A DNA stretch of 63,995 nucleotides, filler included, from Chrysochromulina tobinii (Eukaryota), in assembly GCA_001275005.1 (NCBI GenBank). It is 7 parts of 7 records of this genome, joined end to end, with 100 filler letters (N's around TTAATTAATTAA, not from the genome) between each part and the next. Parts side by side here need not be neighbours in the genome. Positions count along the whole stretch, not along the records: positions 5,941 to 22,185 come from JWZX01000807.1; positions 22,286 to 29,354 come from JWZX01000808.1; positions 29,455 to 39,466 come from JWZX01000809.1; 4 more parts are not named here. One strand, 5' to 3'. Within the stretch, counting starts at the first letter, position 1, and each line of letters starts with the position of its first letter. Position numbers and translations under genes: made by a program. Below, one piece after another: positions 22,167 to 31,100 of the stretch. Below the pieces are notes generated by a model. The model had not been told where the DNA came from. It ran no database searches and worked only from the letters and a program-made list of their open reading frames with translations.

Positions 22167-22185
22167 CTGAGGGAGGGGAGGGGAG

Positions 22186-22285
22186 NNNNNNNNNNNNNNN
22201 NNNNNNNNNNNNNNNNNNNNNNNNNNNNNTTAATTAATTAANNNNNNNNNNNNNNNNNNNNNNNNNNNNNNNNNNNNNNNNNNNN
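22186..22285. other. Artificial contig spacer
   Basis: N44-TTAATTAATTAA-N44. Confidence 0.98.
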
Positions 22286-25200
22286 TGGTTCGAGCGGCCG
22301 CGCCCCCGCCGGCCGCGCCCCCGCCGGCCGCGCCCCCGCCGGCCGCGCCGCCGCCGCCGTCCGTGCCCATGCCGCCGCCGTCCGTGCCCATGCCGCGGGC
22401 CTCGTGCCCATGCCTACCTATGGCACCACCGTCCGACTCTGCCTTCAGCGGAACTGCCTTCGGTTTCATGGCTGGGGGCAATGGCGGTGGCGGCAGCGCC
22501 CCTGTGTCACCGTCGACCGCTGTCGGCGACTCTGCCTTCGGCTTCATCGCCGCCGCTGAGCCGTCACCGCCGCTGGTTTCGGCCTTCGGCTTTTTTGATG
22601 GCGGTGGCGGCAGCGCCCAGGTATCGCCGTTGGGCGGTGGCGGTTCTGCGTTCGGCTTCATAGATGCTCAGCGTGCGGCGGCTATCGCTGCGAGCCTCGA
22701 CATCTCCAGCCCTGTAAACCAAACCTTACCACCACCTTTGCAATTCTTACCACCCGCGCAATCGCCACCTATGGGGCCGTCACTGTGTGTGTGCTGAGTG
22801 ATCATCATACGTGTGCGTGTGTGTGTGCGCAGCAGCAGCAGTACGGTCAATACGGCGGCGGCGGCGGGCAGTACGGCCAGCCGCAGCAGCCGCAGTTCGC
22901 CGCCGAGCAGTACGGTCCATACGGCGGCGGCGGCGGGCAGTACGGCCAGCCGCAGCAGCCGCAGTTCGCCGCCGAGCAGTACGGTCAATACGGCGGCGGC
23001 GGCGGGCAGTACGGCCAGCCGCAGCAGCCGCAGTTCGCCCAGCCGGAGAGCAGTACGGTCAACACGGCGGCGGCGGCGGGCAGTACGGCCAGCCGCAGCA
23101 GCCGCAGGTTCGCCCAGCCGGCAACCCACGAGGTGCGCCCGATTCGCGTGCAATCAGAGGTCATCAGATGTATTCAGAGACCCTCAGCAGGCCTCACCGG
23201 CCTCAGTGGCACTCAGAGGCTATCAGAGGTCATCAAAATCAATCAGAGACCATCATTGGCGATCAGTGGCCATCAGTAGCCATCAATTGCAATCAGTGGC
23301 AATCAAGAAGGCACCGGGTTCCAAGATTGCCCCGATGGCCACGACGCGTGCTGAGCGTGCGCCGTGTGCGTGTGCGTGTGCGCGTGTTCGCAGCACTTGC
23401 AGGCGACGCCTGGGCAGTCAGCGGCGGCTGCGGCCAAGGCGGCGGCGGACAAGGCGGCGGCGGCGGCAAAGGCGCAGCAAGAGGCAGACGACGCTCAGCT
23501 TGTTGCAGCTCTCGCTGCGAGCCTCGCCATCTCCGGCCCTGTCCCACCACCTCCCCCGCCATCTCTAGCCGGACCGAGGCTGGTCATGTTGCCACTTTCT
23601 TGCCAAACGGCGGAGCGCCTCGTAGTCAACACGGATCCTCTCATGCCCCAGAGGACCCCTTCGGAGCGTATAGCAGCAGACCTCGGCATTCCAGTTGAGG
23701 ACGTACGGGCAAGCCTCGTCGCGGAGCAGGTACGGGAGGACCGCCTCGCAGTTGAGGACGTACGAGCGAGCCTCGTCGCAGTCGAGCACGGCGGGAGTGG
23801 CCCTGAGTGCGGAATGGCCTCTTCCGCCAGCGTGAGGCCGAGCTCGGAAATGTACGACGACATGGACCTCGAGGACCTGAAAGAGCTCGCTGGAAAACGT
23901 GGCATCAAAGTGGTAGGCAAAGGCTGGGCCACATGCTGCCCGCCGAACGGGAACAAAGCGGACATCATAAAGGCACTTGAAGCAGAGCCGCCTGCGCCAC
24001 CCGCGCCTCCGCCGCCGCGACCTAAGCCCCCGCCGCCGCGACCTAAGCCCCCGTCGCTCTGGGAGCCTCCGCCGCCTCCGCCACCCGCATCACCGCCGCC
24101 GAAGAAGAGGGCGTCCGTCGTGCACCTGAGCGAGCACCAGGCGCTCCCGAAACTCGTGGCGCTCGACAAGCCGCTCGTCGACGCGCTCCGCTCGAGCGCC
24201 GTCAAGCTCGTCGACGCCGACCGCATCCGCGACGGCACCATTGCAAAGATCATGCGCCGGCAGGACCTCGAACAGTTCGAGCGCGAGCGCGGAGTGCGGC
24301 TCTTCTTGTCGCCCGAGCGCTCGATCGAGGTGCACGGCAGCTACGAGCGCGAGATCGCCTCGCTGACGTACGGATGGGACACCCCCGACGGCGACGACCC
24401 GACGGGCGAGTACCTGGCCGCGGTCCGCCGGTACCTGCTGAGCGCCTTGGGCGAACACGTGAAAGGCGTCTTCTGGGACTGCCCCTGCCTGCCGCAGGAG
24501 CCGCGCAGCGCGAGCGAAGAGGCGGTGTTCGGCGAGGCGCTCGGCGTGATGGCGCTCACGTACGCGTCGGTGCTCTCGACGACGGTGATCCGGCACACCC
24601 GAGTCCCCGCCCGCCCCGCGTGTCTCGACGGGGTGGTCGTGGTTTACGGCGGCGCGGTGACCGAGCAAGACGTGCGCAGCGGGCTCGCCAGCCACGGCGC
24701 GCTCGCAAGCGTGTGGCGCGACGAGAAGGTCAACCGGTGGCGCGCGCGGTTCCAGAGCCACGCCGAGGCCGAGCGCGCGGCGGCCAGAGGGCAGGCGATT
24801 GTCAACGGCGCGACGCGCCTGCAGACGCTCCACGTCCCGCGCCCGTATGGCGCGCGCGGATGGTGCTGTGAGGAGACCGGCGTGGCCACCGAAGGGGTCG
24901 CTCAGAGTGCCTACTTTCCGAAGCTGAAGGCGATCCTCGACCGGCTGCCGCCCAAGTTGGTCGACATTGACGGCGCGGCGCCCGAGGCGGCGCGCGAGCA
25001 GTACGGTGGGAGCGAGGGCAGGGCACCTCGCATCGAGCGCGTGCGCTCGAGCATCCGGTCGGCGGCCTTTTCGAGCGAGGCCGACCGTGCGAAGGTCGTG
25101 AAGCTGTTCGATGACTACATCACCAAGATTGCCATCGCGATGGCGGGCTCGGGCGAGGGGCAGGCCGGCGAGTACGTCGGCGAGAGGAATGCGGCCGGGG

Positions 25201-25796
25201 AGATGGAGGGGCGCGGCAAGTACGTGTATGCCGACGGCGCTGTCTACGAGGGCGAGTGGAAGGCTGACAAGAAGGAGGGGCGCGGCATCTTCCGGTCTTC
25301 CAGCGGCGCCGTCTACGAGGGCTAGTACAAAGCTGGCGAGAAGGAGGGGCGCGGCATCTTCCGTTGGGCCAACGGCAACGTCTACGAGGGCGAGTACAAG
25401 GCTGGCAAGAGGGAGGGGCGCGGCATCTTCCGGTGGGCCAACGGCAACGTCTACGAGGGCGAGTACAAGGCTGACGAGAGGGAGGGGCGCGGCATTGAGC
25501 GTGCTGCCAACGGCGACGTCTACGAGGGCGAGTTCAAGGCTGGCAAGCGGGAGGGGCAAGGGACGTACCTTTGTGCCGACGGCCGCATCGAGGTGGGGTT
25601 CTACAAGGCAGGCACAAGTGTGGGTGAGCGCGAGAGCGTACTGTGGACGGCCGATGGTTGGACTGCAATCCAGGTGCAGGACGGCAAATGGGTGAAGACG
25701 ATGTCGCTCGAGGAGGCAGAGCGCCGTGTCGAGCGCCTCGGGCTGCCGATGCCCGTCCGCCGGGAGGGCAAGTGGACGGTCGGCCAGCCGGTCTGA
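22286..25796 (+). pseudogene. Multi-exon gene for a UIM / SAP-like / HET-like (with RRM-like insert) / MORN-repeat protein, with an in-frame TAG at 25323-25325; 5' exon structure uncertain
   Basis: LTYGW..DDPTG..L, VFWDCPCLPQ and PYGARGWCCEE (HET-like); about 6 YEGEYKAGxxEGRG MORN repeats; the frame continues past the TAG to 25796. Confidence 0.6.
22839..23107 (+). repeat. 69-nt coding tandem repeat (QYGQYGGGGGQYGQPQQPQFAAE), about 4 copies
   Basis: Units near 22839, 22908 and 22977, plus an out-of-phase unit at 23051. Confidence 0.85.
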
Positions 25797-25981
25797 CCGC
25801 ACCATCGCGGTTCGGGCTCCTTATGTGTGTGCAACTCTCTTCACTGCACATGTGACATGACCACGTGAATGCCACTCGAAGCAGGAGTGTCTCGTGTCTC
25901 GGTCGCGGTGGGGACTTACCTGATTTTTTATTCCACACGAACCCTGTTTGACGAATTTTGGAGTGTGAACGGCTCGTGTCG

Positions 25982-27841
25982 ATGGTTCCCGGCTCCAGCG
26001 CCGCCGCCGCCGCCGATTGGCTAAAGCGTGCGAAGCCGGGCTACTGCAACATCACGCTCGGCCATTTGGAGGCTTCCTGCGCATTCGGCAGCCGTGGCGC
26101 CCTAGGTCTCAGCCGGGAAGCTTCCCGCACGGGTTGGAGCGCGGCGGCGGGCGAGTGCTTGGCCAAGTGCATGCGTTGCCCTCGCTGCGAGTTCATGAGC
26201 CTGAGCGTGCAGTACAACGACTGCTCGTGGTACTCAACGTGCGATCTGTCTCGACTCAACGATGCCACTGCTCAGGAGCCGGCGTTCCAGTCGGCCGCCG
26301 TCGTGCGCCGTAGCGGGCCTCGCGCGGTCCAGTCAAAGACTGGCAGGCTGCAGGCGGTGGCGCGCTCGCTCGAGGGCCTGCACTGCTTGTCGCCGTCGGG
26401 GTTGCCGATCGAGGAGCCTCATCCGCCCGCGGACCTCGCGGACCTCGAGCGTGCGATGCTCGACACGACGCGCGTGCTCAAGTTGCCGCACCACCTTCTC
26501 CGTCTCACGACGATCAACCCCGACAACGTGGGCGAAACGCTGGGCACGCTGCTCTCCGCCTTGGCCGTGCAGGCGGACGCACCGCACACGAGCTGGCAGC
26601 TCAGCTGGACGCCGTTACAGAAGCGCCCCACGCCGAAGCACGCGCTGTCGCTGCTGCGGCACATGAGCCGTTACGTGTGGCGAGCGGGCGCCCCATTCGG
26701 TTTGAGTGAGGTTAGTGGCGGGACCGTCGTCGGCTGCTACGGCGGCGTGCGCGTGGTGCAGACGTACGACTTTGCGCCGCGCGTGCGGGCCTCGTGGCGG
26801 GCGGTCGCGCAGCTCCGGGCCCTGCTGCGCCCCGCCGGCGCCGTGGTGGGCGCGTCTTCTGCGCCGCTCTCGCTGCCTGCCCACCACGGCGCGCACCACG
26901 GCGCGCACCACGGCGCGCAGCACGGCGCGCAGCACGGCGCCCAGCACGGCGCCCATCAGAGGGCATGGCAGTGGGAGCCGCCGAGGGGCCGAACGACCGC
27001 TCGCCGGATGCGTAGTCCCAATTTAGGCAAGGCCGAGCGCCCGCCGCCTCCAAAAAAGGCAAGGCCGATCGCCATCCTCTTCCAACGTCCCCGCGGACGG
27101 TCCGACAACGGGCGCGCGATCCTCAACGAGGCCGAGACGCTCTCAGCCTTAGACGCGGCGGGCTTCGAGCCTTCCCTCCTCTCGCCCTCGCAACTCTCCT
27201 TGTCTGCGCTGGCACGACGGCTTGGGTCGGCGTCGTTGCTGGTCGGAGTGCATGGCGCCGCACTGGCCCATTGTATGTGGCTGCCACGCGGCCGCTCGGC
27301 GCTCGTCGAAATCTTCCTTCCCGACCACGCGTACGGCTTGTATCCTCTCTTCGCGCGGGCTGCTGGGGTGCTTCACTTGCCGCTGCTGCTGCGTTGGCCG
27401 AGCGTTGATCGGCGGCCTGCGGCCTCGCTCAGCGCCTTCAAGGCAAGTGCGTGGGCGCGCTGGCCCGGCTACCGCAACGACTCCGTGCTTGAGCAGCTGA
27501 AGTCATGCTCGGCGTACCCGCTCAGGACGGCGCTCTACCGGTCGAATCTCTTTGAGCGCGGCCACTGCGTCGACATTGCCAAGTCGGCAGACTACACGGT
27601 CCCGTCTCATGAGCTGCGCCACGTGGCGGGGGTGGCCCTCTCGCACGTGCTGCATGCATCCTCGGCGCGCATTGGCGGCGACGGCGGCGCCGAGGACGGT
27701 GCAGAGGGCAGCGAGGGCGGCAGCGAGGGCGGCAGCGCCGGGGGCGGCGAGGGCGGCAGGCGTCGGCGGCAGCGAGGGCGGCAGCGTCGGCGGCGGCGCG
27801 CCGACGGCACTGAGCCTTCGGCCAGCGCCACTGCCCTGTGA
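25982..27841 (+). CDS. Glycosyltransferase family 61 (DUF563)-like protein with an N-terminal Cys-rich PAN/apple-like module
   Basis: RAILNEAE..L, LLVGVHGAALAHCMWLP..SALVEIF; C..CPRCEFMSLS...NDCSWYSTC. True start and end uncertain. Confidence 0.75.
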   Translation: MVPGSSAAAAADWLKRAKPGYCNITLGHLEASCAFGSRGALGLSREASRTGWSAAAGECLAKCMRCPRCEFMSLSVQYNDCSWYSTCDLSRLNDATAQEPAFQSAAVVRRSGPRAVQSKTGRLQAVARSLEGLHCLSPSGLPIEEPHPPADLADLERAMLDTTRVLKLPHHLLRLTTINPDNVGETLGTLLSALAVQADAPHTSWQLSWTPLQKRPTPKHALSLLRHMSRYVWRAGAPFGLSEVSGGTVVGCYGGVRVVQTYDFAPRVRASWRAVAQLRALLRPAGAVVGASSAPLSLPAHHGAHHGAHHGAQHGAQHGAQHGAHQRAWQWEPPRGRTTARRMRSPNLGKAERPPPPKKARPIAILFQRPRGRSDNGRAILNEAETLSALDAAGFEPSLLSPSQLSLSALARRLGSASLLVGVHGAALAHCMWLPRGRSALVEIFLPDHAYGLYPLFARAAGVLHLPLLLRWPSVDRRPAASLSAFKASAWARWPGYRNDSVLEQLKSCSAYPLRTALYRSNLFERGHCVDIAKSADYTVPSHELRHVAGVALSHVLHASSARIGGDGGAEDGAEGSEGGSEGGSAGGGEGGRRRRQRGRQRRRRRADGTEPSASATAL

Positions 27842-29354
27842 GGATGGCGTCGTCTTGGGCGTGGAGAAGCTTTATCTGCTCGATCCTCAGCAAGGCGCTG
27901 TACCGAGCGCTCCGCAGCCAGGCGCCGTCCCGAGCACGCGCCACACGCTGTCGCGCTACCTGCGCGGCATGGGCTTCTGCCCGCGGCTGCTCGCGTCGTC
28001 GCAAGCACTGGATGCGTCCGTCGAGAATGCGTCGCTCCTGATTCGAGTGGCCGACCGGTCGAGCGCCGTTCTGAGCGCCGATAGCGCCGAGATGAGCGCC
28101 GTCAGGCGTCTTCGCCTTCGCCGCCGAGGAGCGGTGCTCATCGACCTCGTGGCCGCGTCGGTGACGCACTCGGTGCACGCGGCGCAGGCAATGTCTGCCG
28201 CATCGACGACGGCCTCTTCTGCTGGGGCGCCAGGGTCCACGGTCCCAGTGGAAGGAATCCTACCGATCCCCGGATTCTGCCTCAAGCACGGCACCGGCTG
28301 TCAGCTGACGCTGCAGACGCTTGAGGTGCTCCTCCGCTTTGCGCTCGTCGCGCTGCACCCGCTGAGCGACACCGGCAGCTTCACGCAGGGGCCGCTGTGG
28401 AAGCGGCGGCCCGGCGCGACGATGCCGAGGGGCGGAGCAGCAGGCGCGGGATGCAGGTGTTAGGATCTCATCAACCCCAAACATCGTATAGCATAACGTA
28501 CAAGTATGTCAAACGCCATTTCGGTAAAATTGGGTATACAAGTGAAAATTACCGTCCAGCTGTGAAAGGGGTCAATGCGTGCGCCTTATCGACATCGTAT
28601 TATTCGTTTATCGATCTTCATCAGAAAGTACTACTCCCGTACGCGCACCACGACCACACATATCGCACATGTTTTGCACGTGTGTTTTGAGTTCGACTTG
28701 TTGAGAATGAGATCTGCACATCTATACGTTCTACTAGGGTGGGGTTGGTGTTGCTGGTGGCAAGTTCCACCGACTCGACCTATCGTTGTCGTGATAATGG
28801 AAGTGGAAGGCGGGCTCGGCGGCCGGTGGCACGTCCACGACCGATGAGGAAACGCCATGTTGCGACGCCCTTTGCTCGGTGTTGGTGTCGTGGATGAGCT
28901 CCTCAAGCGAGGGCGCCCCCTCTGCTGGAACCTGGAAGGGCCGGTATTGAAGGTGTAGAGTCTGAGTGCGAAGTCGGGACGAGTTCCTCGGCCTTTTCAT
29001 GGAGCTCGATGGGTTGTCGGTCGGCCAGTCGTCGGCCGTGAGGATAGCCTGTTATGGCAACTATCGCGGCGAGGAAGCGTAAATGGCCCATCCAGTGCAT
29101 GACGACAACTCCGCGTGTAGATCCCGCCGTCGCGTACCACACGAGGTCTCGTTTCAGTTTCATTCGCCAAGTCAAGTCGAGTCAACTCACATTTGATTGC
29201 ATGCGAGGCCGTGGAAAATGAGGTTTTGCGTGCATTAGAGCCGCAAGGCACTGTACCGAGGAGGGGGGGGGGGGGGGGGAAATTTCCTAACCGAGCCTCA
29301 AAGTTGGTCTCGCGTAAAGGTCGCACTCGGAGGGACACACCGATACAGATACCA

Positions 29355-29454
29355 NNNNNNNNNNNNNNNNNNNNNNNNNNNNNNNNNNNNNNNNNNNNTT
29401 AATTAATTAANNNNNNNNNNNNNNNNNNNNNNNNNNNNNNNNNNNNNNNNNNNN
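29355..29454. other. Artificial contig spacer
   Basis: N44-TTAATTAATTAA-N44. Confidence 0.98.
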
Positions 29455-29788
29455 ACTAACGCGTACTAACGATGGTAATCAAGTTGCCCCGCTGACGCGA
29501 GAGCACCCCCGTCGCCGTTACACCCCCGTCGACTACCCTTGCACTTTACCGCTCAGGCGGCCTATTCACCTTTCGAACGCGGCCTTTTATAAGCCCCGCA
29601 CGAACGCTGTTCTGGGCAGCCTGATTGCTTGCTATATGCAACTATCTACATATGTACATGTAAATGAAGGGTGCAGCGCAAACGCGGGATTCATCGGAAT
29701 TCCCGGTTGTGTTTCGTCCACGGGTAGGCTCGGCGGCACGTGGCGCGATCTAGGATGCGTGCATCTGTGAGCCAACAATTAAGCCTCA

Positions 29789-30814
29789 ATGGATTCTTTC
29801 GTCGTCACCGCCATGAGCTGTTCTCCGTCGTCGCCTCCGAGGATCATCGGGCGAGGCACGGCGCACGCAGCGATGATCTTTACCGAGCTACTACGGCAGG
29901 AACAGTATGAGATGCAGCTGGCAGCTTTAGCGAGCAGCTCGAGTTGCTCGCAAGCCACGCATAGGCGCACAAGCAGCAACTCAGAACCATTCATAGGCGC
30001 AAGCACTCGTTCACCGCGGGCGCATACTCATTCGCCGCGGACGCGTACTTCACCGCAACTCGAGAACAATCGTAGATTTTGGCGCGTCTCAAGAGTCAGG
30101 CAGAATGGCAGTGGTGCAAGGACGCCAATTCTACTTTCCGACAGCGAGGGGAGTGACGCATCTTCGCCGTCGGAGAGTCCAGGGGCCCCGGGAGGTCGAG
30201 GCCTCTCGCTCGAAGAGCTCATGGCCGCACGGTCGGAACTGACTCGGCAAATGGAACACAGGAAGGCGGCAATCGAAGCGTCAATGAAAGAGATGCAGCA
30301 GTTGCAAGACCGAATCTCGATGCTCGAGACCGTAGCTATTGCGGCACCTCAGGACATCGGCAGCAAGAGCGTCGTCGCCTGGAGATCGGCACCAACAGCG
30401 GATCGGCTCTTATGCTCGTCGCCACGCCGCGCGCGCCCTGTGGCCACAGCGACGACGGCCACAGCGACGACGGCCACAGCGACGATGGCCACAGCGACGA
30501 TGGTCACGTCGACGAGGGTCACGGCGACGATGCGTGTGCGCAGCCCGGATGAAGGCGATGGCAGCCCGGATGTAGACGATGACGTGGCACGCATGCCCGC
30601 AGGTGCACTTCCACGATGCAGGTCGCGCGAGAAAGAGCTGGCCCGCGCGAGCTCGCGCACGGTCTCGAAGGTTCTGACGGGCCTGACGGATCTTGCCGTG
30701 ACGCTTGCCCAAGCGCGACCCAAGGCCGGATCACATGTAGAGCATGATGTAGATGGTCACACACCATCCAGTGTCATTGACACAACCACCGTGTTCGTAA
30801 CTATTCCGGCGTAG
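29789..30814 (+). CDS. Hypothetical protein with a short coiled coil and a TAT repeat
   Basis: 341-aa ATG-started ORF. Confidence 0.5.
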   Translation: MDSFVVTAMSCSPSSPPRIIGRGTAHAAMIFTELLRQEQYEMQLAALASSSSCSQATHRRTSSNSEPFIGASTRSPRAHTHSPRTRTSPQLENNRRFWRVSRVRQNGSGARTPILLSDSEGSDASSPSESPGAPGGRGLSLEELMAARSELTRQMEHRKAAIEASMKEMQQLQDRISMLETVAIAAPQDIGSKSVVAWRSAPTADRLLCSSPRRARPVATATTATATTATATMATATMVTSTRVTATMRVRSPDEGDGSPDVDDDVARMPAGALPRCRSREKELARASSRTVSKVLTGLTDLAVTLAQARPKAGSHVEHDVDGHTPSSVIDTTTVFVTIPA

Positions 30815-31100
30815 TAGTGTATCTCATAGATACGCGAATTTATTGTGTTACACTAGTGACGTCTTTGTGCACTTTCGACTTTGGCCGAACCGCGCGCGTC
30901 GCGGAAGCCGGAACGCCTCCCGCTGAGCGATATTTTTACACCGATTTCAGCCCGCTCTAGCGCTGTTCCTGTGCGAGTACCGAGCACTTCAGGGCGCTCT
31001 TCGTCTAACGTCTTCCAACATACGATACAGCTGAATGGCTCCACTTACTGCAGTGGGCAATGACGACTCCGCTTGACGGTTCACGAGACTTGGTTGCGAG

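Noticed and set aside
24090..25805. 571-aa minus-strand ORF and many other long overlapping ORFs
   Set aside because: Antisense shadows of GC-rich coding sequence with no independent motifs.
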